Positions 49,241 to 62,170 of a stretch of DNA of 64,000 nt are shown piece by piece. The DNA lies in the NCBI RefSeq assembly GCF_963921235.1, contig NC_086104.1:121396001-121460000 (forward strand), in the 5' to 3' direction. The DNA comes from Mobula hypostoma. Its lineage: Eukaryota. The notes beneath the pieces are model-generated. The model searched no databases. It was not told the origin of the DNA and saw nothing but the letters and a program-made list of their open reading frames with translations. A program made the position numbers and the translations under genes. Position 1 is the first letter of the stretch. Each line of letters starts with the position of its first letter.

Positions 49241-49859
49241 AGGAAGAAGGAGGAGGATAATAATAATAATAGAACCATAGAACACCACAACACAGAAACC
49301 AGGCCCTTCTGCCCTTCTAGTCTGTGCCAAAAATTTATTCCGCTAGTCCCAATAACCTGCACCCAGTCCATAATCCTCCAGACCTCTCCCATCCATGTAT
49401 CTATCCAATTTATTCTTAAAGCTTTAGAGTGAATCCGCATTTACCACGTCAGATGGCAGCTCGTTCCACACTCCCACCACTCTCTGAGTGAAGAAGTTCC
49501 CCCTAATGTTCCCCCTAAACCTTTCCCCTTTCACCTTAAAGCCATGTCCTCTCGTATTTATCTCTCCTAATCTAAGTGGAAATAGCCTACTCGCATAACA
49601 ATATTAATAGACCGCCATGGCGGAGCTCAGTCTGACGGTACAGAGTCCTGTGATGAGGAAGCGCCCCTGAACCAGGAGGGAACGCTGCTGGGAGTGCCGA
49701 AAGAGAGTCCCTCGGTAGTGGAGCGTGTGGGGATCAGGTAGAAAGCAGCGCTGGGTCAGAGAACAAGTAACACAGGGCCGATGAGGGAGCGTCTGTTGGT
49801 GAGCGGGATGAGGGAGAGGAAAATGGAGTAAAATCCGGTCGCATTTCGAGGGTTTTTTT

Positions 49860-50340
49860 CATACAAAATATCTTTATTACAAATTCAGTGTTATATATAC
49901 AAAACAGTGACTAACACAATTACTTCACTACTAATAGACAATACACATTAAACCAAAATGTTTCCATCTCTATCAATGATGGCAATTACCACCCCGCGGA
50001 GCCCAACGGTCCCGGAACGCCTTCATGGTCACCGTGGACTGCCCGTGTTCCTTCTTAATATTTACCCGAGCAAGAACATACTCCCTAAGCATTTCTAGGC
50101 AGTCTACCCGGGAAGCAGCCCACGCAGATACGCAAAAAGGGGCTGCAGCCTCACATATTCCATGTACATGTGGTAGACGGTCTGCTCCAGCCCGCAGAAG
50201 TGACATGCGACTGGGAGATCCGGGAACAAACTAAAGAATTTATTACAAGGCACCGCTCTATGCAGCAGCCTCCACCCCAGATCCCCAAGGTGCTTGGGAA
50301 GAACTCCCTCATAAACGGACTTCCATTGGGGACCCCCCTC
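49860..50340 (-). mobile_element. Tx1/L1-like LINE 3' fragment
   Basis: REYVLARV..KEH..FRDRWAP motif and a T-rich (A-tail) end near 49853. Confidence 0.6.
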
Positions 50341-52596
50341 ACCTCGGGTTGACTCTCTTGAACAGCGTGACGTTGTCCTCTGTCACAGGGTCACTGGGTG
50401 ACTCAGGGATCCGTATGTCTGTAGTTCTATTCTCCCTTTCAAACCGTGCATAAAAGGCGTTGAGTACGCCTGGGAGTGAAACATCACCGCCATTCATGTT
50501 CTAAAGTTTCGCTTTCTAGGAAGCAATGGCCTGTAAACCCTGTCACTACTGATTCGCATCCGAGTTCGCCTCCAACCTCGTTCAGAATTTTCCCTTAGCT
50601 CTTGAAATAGCCCTCTGCAAGTCCTACCTGGTTTTCTTGTCCGGACCTGGGTGGCCAGACTTGCATGCCACAGATCTAGCCCTTAGCGGAGGATGGACCT
50701 CCTGGTTCATCCACGGCTTCTGATTTTGTATGTGAACACACACTGAGCCACATGCGTTTTAATGAAGTCAGTGACAGCAGTGGTGTACTCATTCTGAGTC
50801 GAAGATGAATCCCTGAAGACAGTCCTGTCCGCTGTTTCAAAGCAGTCCTGTAGGAGCTCCTGCACCTCCCTTGACCGTACCTGCTTGGTCCTCACTACTG
50901 GTGCTGCAGTCTTCGGTCTCTCTCTATACTCAGGAAGAAGAAGTACAGACAGGTGATCAAACTTTCCAAAGAGTGGACGTGGGATGTCACAGTAAGTGCT
51001 CTCGATGGTGGTGTAACTGTGTGCTGTTTAAAGACTGTTTCAAGCTGGCCTTATTAAAATCCCCAAAACGATGTGGATGACATCAGGATGCGCTGTTTCA
51101 TGCCTGTTGATTACATCACTCAGTTCGTCTAGAGCCTGTTTTACACCGGCCTGAGATGGGATGTACACCGTTACCGAGAATGTACCCTTTGCTTAACAAA
51201 ATCAAAATAAATGCTAAGTTTTCAATCTTCATTCTAAATATTCATAGTATGCATATTACAAAAGAAAACACACATTTTATCCACTGATGTCTATTCCAGA
51301 CACTCTGATTCTCGTAGCTCGCTGGACTATACTTCCTCCCATCCTGTCACTTGCAAAAATGCCGCCCCTTCTCTCAATTCCTCTGTCTCCACTGCATCTG
51401 CTCTCAGGATGAGGCTTTTCATTCTAGAACGAAGGAGATGTCCTACTTCTTCAAAGAAAGAGGCCTCCCTCCTTCCACCCTCAACACCGCCCTCATCCGC
51501 TTCTCTTCTATTTCATGTACATCTGCTTTCAGCCCGGCCTCCGAGCAGCCTACCAGGGATACGGCTCCTCTTGTTGTCACCTACTACCCCAGCAGCCTCT
51601 GTGTCCAGCACATAATTTCCCTGAGGGGTGCAGTAGAACAAAGGGATCTGGGAATACAGGTCCACAATTTATCGAAAGTGCTGTCACAGGTGGTTCGGGT
51701 CATGAAGAAATCATTTGGGACACTAGCCTTCATAGATCAAATAACAGGGGATGTGATATTTTGTTGAAGTAGTATAAGACATTGGTGAGGCCTAATTTGG
51801 AGTACGGGGTGCTGGGTTGACGAAAATTTACAAGGGTGTTGCTGGACCTGAGTTATAAGGAAAGACTGAACACGTCAGAACTTTATTCCGTAGTGCATAA
51901 AGGGAGCATAACAGTGAGATAGTGTTCATGGGTTCACAGAATGTTCTGAAATCTGATGGTGAAGAGTATAAAGCTGTTCTGAAACTGTTGCTAAATTTTT
52001 ATATAAAAGTAAAGCACGGTAACAGCCCCTTGCAACCCAACAAACCTGCTCTGCTCAATTACACCGTGTGAACAATTCATTGGAATGTGGGAGGAAACCC
52101 GACAATCCAGAGGAAACTCAAGCGGTGACAGGGAGACCGTACCAAGCTACAAGGCTGGGGAACTGGAATGAGAGTTTGATGTTCCAGGGTTTCAATGTTT
52201 TAGCAAAGATACAGAGGAGATTAAGGGTGGGAAGGGAAGGGAGCTGCACGGTTAATCAGGGACTATATCACAGCCTCCCTCAGAGAGCACATAATGCAGG
52301 GGGAGGTGATACAGGACCTGGTGTTGGCCACGTGACTGACATTCCCACGGGAGAATTGGTCAGGGAACAGTGACAAGTCCGGTCAAGATGGTGCCACTGA
52401 ACAACGCTTTTTTGATATTCCATGAAACAGCTCAATTCGTTTCTTCAATGTTTGCTTTTTATCTTAAATGTGTTCCTGGGGCGTTCTTGTTCCTTGATGT
52501 TCTTGTTGCTGTTTGCGTGATATTTTTTTCAGATGCGGCGGGGTGGGGGGGGAGTTGGTGGTTGGTGACTGTGTTGCCGTTGCATGCTATTCGTTT

Positions 52597-52600
<4 letters not shown>

Positions 52601-52646
<46 letters not shown>
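52601..52646. repeat. (TG)n microsatellite
   Basis: Directly visible. Confidence 0.97.
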
Positions 52647-53668
52647 GGGTAGGGGGAAGGGTTTGACGCTCTTTCCATTTACATGATTTGTTTTTCTGCG
52701 TGGCGGGGTTCGATGTTGCCATTTGCGTGATGTTTTTTGCAGGGAGTTTGACGACTCCCATGGGTTTCTTTGTTCTGTGCAGAAGACGAATCCCAGAGCT
52801 GTACAGTGCATCCATACTTTGATGGTGAACCTTTGATGATAGCTCTCGATAAGGGTAAGTACGGATCATGTGAGAGAGTATTAAGTCAGAGCACATCAAA
52901 TTACGAAACGATCAGGCAGGATCGAGGGAGAGTCAGCTGCGAACAGTAGCTCTAAGACAAGTCCACATCTGACATGAAGAGGGTGTTTAAAGACCAACTG
53001 CACAGAGTACTGGACAGGTTTGTACCTGTAAGGGGGACAAGGAAGGCAAGGTGAAGGAATCTTCGATGTTGAGAGAGATGGTGAATTTAGTCAAGAAGGA
53101 AAAGGAAATGTAGCTAATGCTTACAAATGTAGAATCATACAGAAAATGAGAATTATAAAGAAACAGAAAAGAACTCGAGGGGAATTAGAAAAACCAGGAG
53201 CGACTGTGAAATACCTCTGGCAAGTTGGTGAGAATCCAAGGCACTCTACTCATCCAGACGATCAAGAGCAGAGTGTAAAAGGGAGAGGGTAGGATCACTC
53301 ACGGGTTAAGGAGGGAACATGTGTTTGGAGGTGGACGATGTGGACAACGTCCTAAATGAGTAACTTACATCAGTATTTACCAATAAATGAGATTAATGTG
53401 GACTGAGCCAATTTAATTCATCCTGAGATATAGAGGAGGAGGTAGTGTTGGGTTGTTTGAAGAACATTAAGGGCGGTTAAGTCCCCAGGCAGGACGTAAA
53501 CAAAAATGTCAGGGCCATGGAGAATTTTATAGATCAGACAGACCAATATGCAATTTATAACAAAATAAACAATGACACTTGTAGAAGTTCAGAATCAGAT
53601 AAAGTTTATTATCACTGATATATGTTATGAAATTTGTTGTTTCCAGTCCGTGGCTCAGGGGAAAGTTA

Positions 53669-53967
53669 CAGTGCCTGTAAAAAGTACTCACCCCACTTGG
53701 AAGTTTTCATGTTTTATTGTTTTACATCATCAAATCACAGGGGACTTAATTTGGCTTTTTTGACGCTGATCATGAGACAAGAACACTTTCATGTCAAAGT
53801 GAAAACAGATCTCTACAAAGTGATCTACATGAATTCCAAATATAAAACACACAGTAATTGATTGCATAAGACACCCCCTTCAAGTCAGTATTTAGTAGAT
53901 GCACCTTTGTCACCAATTACATGTGCGGGGGCGGGGGGGGGGTGTTGAGTACTTTTTATAGACACTG
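53669..53967. mobile_element. Tc1-like MITE (inverted copy at 63494-63797)
   Basis: TIRs cagtgcct.taaaaagtactca / tgagtactttttatagacactg, with TA on the left flank. Confidence 0.75.
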
Positions 53968-54734
53968 TGTATAAACGGCAATAAATAAATTGTACAAAAT
54001 TGGAGCAAATTAGTAAAGTAATGTTCATAGGTTGCAGACCATTCCGAAATCTGATGGTGAACTGGTGGAAGTTGTTCTGAAAATGCTTTAGAGAAATTTT
54101 ATTGAGATATGAAGCGGAGTAACAGGCCCTTCCAAATGGACAAACCTGCAGTGCTTGTTACTCTCTACAAAATCTGTCTCTTTTGAAATGCGGGAGGAGA
54201 CCAGAAACCTGAGCACCCGTCGGATCCCATGCGGTGACGGGGAGAACATACATCTCCTTACAGATGGTGGTGGGAATCGAACCTGGGTCGCTGGCTCTGT
54301 AATAGTGACCTGCTACCCGTTATGCTACTGTGCTGTCCATGATGAGTGTGTGTCCTCAGTCTTCCGTACCTCCTCCCTCACAGCAGTAATGAGAAGAGGG
54401 CGTGGTGAGCAAGGCGATTTAGACAATAAGACAGAAGAACAAATTAGGCCATTCAGTCTATAACGTCTGCTCTGCCATTTGATCGTGGTTGATCCATTTC
54501 CCTCTCAACTCCTTTTTCTTGAATTCTTCCCATAACCTTTCACATCCTGACTTATCAATAATCTATGAACCAACACCTTACATACACACAATGACCTGGC
54601 CTCCATAGATTCATCACCCTCTGGCTAAAGAAATTCAAACAACAGGAATTCTGCAGATGCTGGAAATTCAAGCAACATACATCAAAGTTGCTGGTGAACG
54701 CAACAGGCCAAGCAGCATCTGTAGGAAGAGGTGC

Positions 54735-54770
54735 AGTCGACGTTTCAGGCCGAGACCCTTCGTCAGGACT
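54735..54770 (-). ncRNA. Minimal type I hammerhead ribozyme motif in a Penelope terminal fragment
   Basis: - strand reads AGUC-CUGACGA-AGGGUCUCGGCCU-GAAAC-GUC-GACU. Intact core, stem I, stem II, palindromic ACGU stem III and a GUC cleavage triplet. Confidence 0.72.
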
Positions 54771-55208
54771 AACTGAAGGAAGAGTGAGTAAGGGATTTGA
54801 AAGCTGGAGGGGGAGGGGGAGATGCAAAATGATAGGAGAAGACAGGAGGGGGAGGGATAGAGCCGAGAGCAGGACAGGTGATAAGCAAAAGGGGATACGA
54901 GAGGATCATGGGACAGGAGGTCTGGGAAGAAAGACAAGGCGGGGGGGGGGGGGTTGACCCAGAGGATGGGCAAGAGTATATTCAGAGATTTCCTTTAACA
55001 ATGGACATCTGAGATTGTGTCCTCTGGTCCTAGACTCCCTTACTACAGGAAACATCCTCTCCACATCTACTGTATCTGGGCGTTTCAACATTTGATAGGA
55101 TTCAATAAGATCCTTTCTCAGATAAGGAGCCCAAAATTGCTCTGAATCCTCCAAGTGAAGCTTTACCTGTGCCTTAGAAAGCCTCAGCATTATATCCTTG
55201 TTTTTATA

Positions 55209-55806
55209 TGTAAGGGGTTTATTTTATGTTACTGATAAGGCTGATGAAATGGCTTCTTTGTTATGTTATAATAAAATGTCTTCTCTGTGATGTTAACTGC
55301 TGAGATAGTGCTTCTCTATAGCAGCATGTTTGGGTTATAATTACTGATAACGAGAATTGTATTCATTTGCTAACCAATTGAGATAGATGTTATTCTTTCT
55401 TGGGTGTCTATAAGCTATTGTTTTAGAGGGTTCTGGGCAGAAGGCGGATGGGGACAGAGAGAGGAGACGCGATGCTGTAAGCTGGGCGACGGAACAAACT
55501 CCGAGCGTTTTGTCCATCACCGAGGGTGGTTTCAATCGTGGGTCGGCAGAGTTCGGAGGACATCGATTGGAGGAAGGGGGACCCGGTTCTGTACGAGCTC
55601 CAACGATGTGTGCACAAACTGGTTAATAATAATGGCGCCTTTTTCTTTTTTTTAAAAACAGTTAAACAGTTCTTATTTTGTTCCTTTGCTATCTACATAG
55701 TGAAAGTAAGAGTTATAAAGTGTAATCAATTAATCGCATATGGTGTACTGTCTGTTATTTGGCGTGGTGGGATACATCACACAGCATCTACACAAACTTG
55801 ATTACA
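55209..55806 (+). mobile_element. Gypsy-type LTR with truncated leader
   Basis: tgtaagggg...gattaca followed by PBS-like sequence. Same downstream breakpoint as the 6869 copy. Confidence 0.75.
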
Positions 55807-56511
55807 CAGTTTGGCGGGGACGAAGGCCACTCCCCATAGATGAAAGCGAGCTGAGCGAGCCTGAGGCTTACCAGGGGGCTACATATATTTCAGTCCTCTC
55901 AAAATGAATGCTAACATTGCATTTGCCTTCCTCACCTCTGATTCAACCTATAAGTTAATGTTTAGGGAATCGTGCATGAGGACACCCAAGTCCATTTGCA
56001 TCTTAGATTTTTGAATTCTCTCCCCATTTAGAAAATAGTAATTTCTTAGACCATTCTCCTAATCAGTACAAGTCTTCAGTCTCCCTGCTACTTCAATTCT
56101 ATCTGCCCCTTCACCCTTCTTTGTACCATTGTCAAACTGGGGCACAGAACCAATTCTGTCATCCAAATGATTTATATACAACGGACAAAGAAACGTTCTC
56201 TAAAACAACTTGTGTAGAGCACTAGAGACAGGCAGCTTTAATTCCCACTCTTTGCCTCCTTCCAATAGCCAATGCTGTATCCATGCTAGTTCTTTTCCTG
56301 TCATACCATGGATTCTTATCTCTTATCTTATCTTAACATGTGCAGCACCTTGTCAAAGGCCCTCTGAAAATCCAAGCACAACATCCACTGATTTTCCTTT
56401 GTCTATCCTGCTTCGTATTTCCTCAAAGAATTCCAACAGATCTGTCATGCCAGGATTTCCCTCAAGCAAACATATGCTGACTGTGTCCTGTTTGATCATG
56501 TCCCTCCAAGT

Positions 56512-58630
56512 TGTCATGGTCCGATCCGTGAAGTCCGCTTTCCGGTTCACGGTCCAGTCCATGGACTTCGGACTCCGGGTTTTTCCAGCTGTCCCTTGTT
56601 TTGGTTGGGTTATTCATAGGCACCTGATTCCCATCTTGGGGCTTGGAATATAAGTAGCCATGGGGTCGAGTGTGGGCTGCTGGTTTGTCTTGTCAAGATC
56701 CCCTCGGAACAACCTGCTGGAGGAAGGCTAGAGCGGCCACTTGCCATCTTTAGGCCACGTTGGGGAACCATCCCCTCATGGATCCTTGCTGTCGGTAGTT
56801 GGAGCTGTCTTTGTGTTATGGATTCGGCCGTTTCCCGGGCCAGCTGAGTGGCCGTCAGCCACTCCAAGCAAGGTAGGGATCCAGCTGTTTCTGTAGCCAG
56901 CCGAGGTTGCTGGCCGTAACTGCGACTCGGAACAACCCCAATGTAGAGATGGAACTGCCTGTCGTTCTTTGGTGTTTGTCTCTTCTTGTCCTCGCATCCG
57001 TGGGGTAAGTTAGGCCGTTCTGCTGTTACCCTGCGGGAGGATATGCCTTGTCTTGTCTTTGCCTCTGTTGGGTAAGTCCGGTCGTTCTGCCGTTACCAGA
57101 CAGATGGACCTGGTATGAAGATTAACTTGTCCCCACTTTTTGAAGAATAAGTCCAGGCTCTATGTTGATGTACAGTTCCCACTCTGTCTCTGAGCTTCCA
57201 GCCTCTGAGTTACCAGCCTCTGGCCTCAAGCCTCAGGACCCAAGATCCCAGCCTCAAGCCTCAGAACCCAAGACCCCAGCCTCAAGACATCAAGACCACA
57301 GCCTCAAGCCTCAGGACCCAAGGCCCATGACCCCAGCCTCAACCCTCAGGACCCAAGACCCACGACCGCAGACTCAAGCCACAACAGCCAGGACCCACGA
57401 CCCTATCCTCAAGCCCTAAGCCTCAAGCCTCAGGATCCGAGGCCCACGACCCCAGCCTCAAGCCTCAAGCCTCAGGACGGAAGACCCACGACTCCAGCCT
57501 CAAGCCTCAAGCCTCAAGCCGCAGGACCCAAGAGCCACGACCCCAGCTTCAAGCCTCAAGCCTCAAGCCACAGGACCCAAGAGCCACGACCCCAGTCTCA
57601 AGCCTCAAGTCTCAAACCTCAGGATCCAAGACCCACGACCCCAGTCCCCAGCCTCAAGCCTCAAGCTTCAGGACCCATGAGCCACGACCCTAGCCTCAAG
57701 CCTCAGAACCCGAGAGCCTCAACCCCAGCCTCAAGCCTCAAGCCTCAGGACAGAAGACCCACAATCCCAGCCTCAAGGCTCAAGCCTCAAGCCTGAGGAC
57801 CCAAGACCCACGACCCCAGCCTCAAGCCTTAAGCCTCAGGACCCAAGATCCACGACCCCAGCCTCAGACCTCAAGCCACACGACCCAAGAGCCACGACCC
57901 CAGCCTGAAGCCACAGAGCCAGGACCCACGACCCTCGCCTCAAGCCTCAAGCCTCAGGACCCAAGAGCCACGACCCCTGCCTCAAACCTCAAGCCTCAAG
58001 CATCAGGACCCAAGAGCCAAGACCCCAGCTTCAAGCCTCAAGCCTCAGGACTCAAGACCCACGACCCCAGCCTCAAGCCTCAAGCCTCAGGACCCAAGAC
58101 CCACGACACCAGCCTCAAGCCTGAAGCCTCAAGCCTCACGACCCAAGAGCCACGACCCCGGCCTCAAGCCACAAGCGTCAGGACCCATGAGCCACGACCC
58201 CAGCCTCAAGCCTCAGGACGCAAGAGCCAAGAACCCAGCCTCAAGCCTCAAGAGCCACAACCCCAGTTTTAAGCCTCAAGGGTCACGACCCAGCCACGTC
58301 CTGTCCTGTAGCCATGTCATGTCCTTGCTTAGTTCTGGGGTCCGACCCCGAGGCATGACCCAGGTTCTGGGTCCTTGTACAGTCTCTGGCTCGGAGTCCA
58401 AGCACAGGCTCCTAGTTCATGTTTCCTAGCCCTGGTCCCGCTTTCCTGAGCCCAGGCTCCTAGTTCATAGTTCCTTGTCCGGGTTCCCTGTCTAGTCCAT
58501 GTCCTAGCCCAAGTTTGCGTTCTTGTCCCTGCTCCTTGTGTGACGTCCCTACTCTAGTCAAGTCCTGTTCCTAGTACTTCCGCATCTGTGTCTTGCATTT
58601 GGGTCCGTTCCCAGTGCCCACCTTGTGACA
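56512..58630 (+). mobile_element. Solo LTR-like element with ~1.1-kb CCTCAAG minisatellite, inserted in CR1
   Basis: TGTCA...TGACA termini and a 5-bp TSD caagt/catgt. Tandem units span about 57220-58290. Confidence 0.72.
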
Positions 58631-60819
58631 CATGTACCCTGAAGCTCTGCCTTATTAACGGACTCCAACATCTTCCCAACTAACAAAGCTGTCTAACTGG
58701 CCTACAACTTCCTTTCTTCTTACCCTCCCGTTCCCTTCTTGAAGAGTGGAGTGAAAATTTCAATTTTCCAGTCCTCTGGAACCATACAGAATCTAGTGAT
58801 TCTGGAAAGATCATTACTGCTGCCTCCACGATCTCTTCAGCTACAACTTCCTGAACCCCAGAGTGTAGTCCATCTGATCCAGGTGGCTTATCTACCTTCA
58901 GAGCATTCAGCTTCCCAAGCACATATTCCCCCGTGATAACGACTGCACTCTGTTCTCCCCTCTGACACTCTGAAGCCTCCAGCGTACTGTTAGTTCCTTC
59001 CACGGTGAGGACTATTGCAAAATACCTATTCAGTTGGTCCTCTATTTCCTTGTTTCACCACCCCCCTCCACCACTGCCTCCCCAATGTCATTTTTCAGTG
59101 GTCACTTTCTAGTCTTGCCTCTTTTACTCTTTATATAACTGTAAAAAAATTGGTATCTTTGATATTATTGGCCAGCTTACCTTCATACTTCATATTTTCC
59201 TTCCTTGTGGCTGTTGTAGTTGCCTTCTGTTGGATTTTAAAAATTTCCCAGTCCCATTTTGCCAGTGAGTTTCACCTCACAGGACCTTAAGAGAAACATA
59301 TTTGGACATAGATAGTGACTGGTTGATCGGGTAACAGACAGCAGCCAATAGAAAGAAGTTGGGGTCAAGCGGACTAGGCTTTTTGGAGTAGGAATGTGGA
59401 GATGCGATCGGGGGTCAGCAGGCTCCGGCATGAAGAGGCTGAGTAAGTGGCCCAGGGGTGGGGCGTGGCAGCAGAGAGAAGTGAGAAGTCGCAGGTAAGA
59501 ACAGTCGTAAAATGTTTTATTTTGCTGTTGACCTTTGGCATTTTTTTCAGTGCAGGATTACAGGATGGTAGTGTTGGATTAGTGTGTAACAATGTTCTTT
59601 TTCTTCTAGTTTGCTTATAATGTTTATATAAGCACCTGTATGAGTTATTGTTCATTGAATTTTCGGTAACAGTAGTATAGCCTGAATCTGTACTTTTGCA
59701 GAAGTTTCTTTGCAGTCTGTGTCATGCAATTGAACCTGACCAGTTGATAGGTAACTCCTTATTAGTGGAATGTCTTATTAACTCTCTAGTCTGAGTTAAT
59801 CTTGCTAAAAATTACAACTTCTTTGGTCTTTGTTCATCTTTCTTTGTTCTTCCTTCTCTCCCTTCCTTGCAGTCAATTAAGCTGTTAACCGTTAATTTTG
59901 TTTTTGATATCAACACCTAATTAACGGCTGTAATTGCAGATTCCAGAGGAAGTTCACAAGAATGATCCCAGAGATGAAAGTGTTACTTATTGAGGAGCAT
60001 TTGATGATTCTGGGCCTGTACTCGATGGAGTTTAGAAGAATGAGGGGGCATTTCACTGAAGCGTTTCAGATGTTGAAAGTCTGAGATAGAGTGGACATAC
60101 AGAGGATGTTTCCTACAGTGGAGTCTACGACCAGAGGGCACAGTCTCAGAATACAAGGATGCCCTTTAGAACAGAGATGAGGAGGAATTTATTCGGAAGA
60201 TGGTGAATCTGTGAAAATTTATGGCTAAGTCATTGAGTTATTGCTGTGTGGGACAGATCCTTGATTAGGAAGGGTACCAAAGATTACAGGGAGAAGGCAG
60301 GCGAATGCAGTTTTGAGAGAAAATAAATCTGTCATGATGGAATGGCAGAGGGGACCCGATAGACAGAGAGAACTAATTCTGCCCCTATGTTTGTGTGTTG
60401 ATATTTTTATTCATTTATTTCTGTCTGTTATCTGTTTGTTTATTGATTGTTAAGATACAGCGTGGAATTGCCCTTCCAGCCCTTCGAGTCACGTGGCCCA
60501 ACAATCTATACCTGGGGTTTGGACTGCCTCAGGGTTCTGGTTTAACCCCTTTTAAGTGACCCCAGCAGTGAGTGGGCATCTCCCCTCCTCCCTCCCTGCA
60601 TCCCTGCCTTACCCCCACTCCTTTCTTGTCTCTGTGCTGCTGGGCACTTGGACAACAGAAGGTAAAGAAGCAGAATGAGGCCATTCGGCCCTTTGAGTCT
60701 GTTCTGCCATTTAACTGTGAATTTCTCCCAACTCTCAGCTCCCTTTTATATGTTTCCTCTCACCTTAAACATGTCTCCTTGATTCCCCAACTCTGGCGGA
60801 ATACACTGCAAGCAAATTA

Positions 60820-61500
60820 GCTGCCCCCGCCCGCCCCCCCAGCCAGAGAAGATACACTGAAAGCTTTTCCCCAATCTCCTGACACAGGTATGGAAAACCC
60901 CCCAGGTGCTGCATTTTGCTTCCAGTCGAACCAAACGCATTTCCCCCGCTTTCAGATAACTGGCAGCTGTCACTAAGGGGTAATTGACCCTGACAGTTCT
61001 AACACCGTCACCAGCCCGCCTACCCAAACTTTCAACCAATCCCTGTCGCTCTCCCTCAACCGAGCACTGCCACTCGTGTAACAACTGAGAGACCCGTTCC
61101 GCCCACGTCTCGTATGCCTCCGCCCCTTTAGGGGTGGACATTATCCCAAAAACCAGGCGGAGCCTGCTATAGCTGGAACATTTAGTCGCAGACACTACCT
61201 CCGAATCAGACCACTCTTTCCTCTCTCTCCTAACCGTATGAACAGCCCATGGCCCCGCCTCACCCGGGGCACCAATAGACATTGGCAGTTCCACCACCAT
61301 CTCGTCAGCGCTAGTGTGAACCCGAACAAAGACCTCCGGGGTACCAACAGCCACCCCACCCAACACGCATGCAGTAATAACCGGCAATCCCACAGAGCTA
61401 CACTACCCTTCCGCCCTCGCAGCAGGCATAACTTAAACAGGCCGATCACACAGCTTCCACAGAATCCGAACCCCGACCATGGCCCCCACCATGTAGACCC
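60820..61500 (-). mobile_element. PNMA/Ma-like Gypsy gag, frameshifted, downstream of the LTR at 61569-62601
   Basis: [33 protein letters not shown] matches the PNMA-family gag capsid signature. Confidence 0.75.
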
Positions 61501-61653
61501 CTGGTAAGCCTCAGCCTCGCTCAGCTCGCTTTCGTCTAGGGGGAGCAGCCTTCGGCCCCTCCAAACTGTGTAATCAAGTTTGTGTAGATGCTGTGTGATG
61601 TATCCTACCACGCCAAATAACAGACAGTACACCATATGCGATTAAATGATTAC

Positions 61654-61831
61654 GGGGTGTGTGGGGTGTCAGGGATGGGTAGCACCTCTGGTGGGGGAAC
61701 ATGGCGATTAGTCCACCTTTGGTCCCCACCTGGAACTCAGCTCTCACCTGTGGCTCCCTGTAGCTGTTTGCATGCAACAGCGGCCACACCCCGGGCAACG
61801 GCTTCGACAAGCCGGCTAAACCAGGTGAGGG
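61654..61831 (+). ncRNA. Predicted HDV-like self-cleaving ribozyme at the 5' end of the insertion
   Basis: P1 ggggtgt (61654-60 or 61663-69) / acacccc (61786-92). P2 ctctcacctg (61741-50) / caggtgaggg (61822-31). P3 ggc/gcc. P1.1 cc/gg. Then GCAA, P4 cggctt/aagccg, and J4/2 G-C61816-TAA. Confidence 0.72.
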
Positions 61832-62170
61832 TAGCCGACGGGTCTCAAACCCTCGATGAGGTAGGGAGTTGTCTACCCCAGCATGTGAAGACAGACTCCG
61901 GCGGATTGAGCGGACGAGACCAATGGAAGATCCAACAGTCAAGAAGGCGGTCTCTGCAAGCTTCGTGGAACGTATAGAGCAGGACAAGACACAGAAGACG
62001 TCCTGGTCATCCACTGCGCCTAGTCCCATCTCCAGCCGTCTCGACTCTGTCTTGCCACTGGATCCAGATGGGAATTGGGAAGAGAGAGTGAGGCTGACGC
62101 TGCGCAACTCTCCCTCACTTAAATCCAAATCACGCACTAGTCTCGACACAGTGGCGACGATGGACGAACC
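61654..62170 (+). mobile_element. Non-autonomous retroelement (probably RTE-derived) with a 10-bp TSD
   Basis: aaatgattac is duplicated at 61644-61653 and 62171-62180. The empty site is intact in the paralogous LTRs. No RT ORF. Confidence 0.75.

Noticed and set aside
57220-58290. Regular repeat array superficially like CRISPR or a repetitive-protein gene
   Set aside because: It has no unique spacers, lies in a eukaryotic context, and is a degenerate minisatellite inside an LTR. The ORFs arise from repeat composition.
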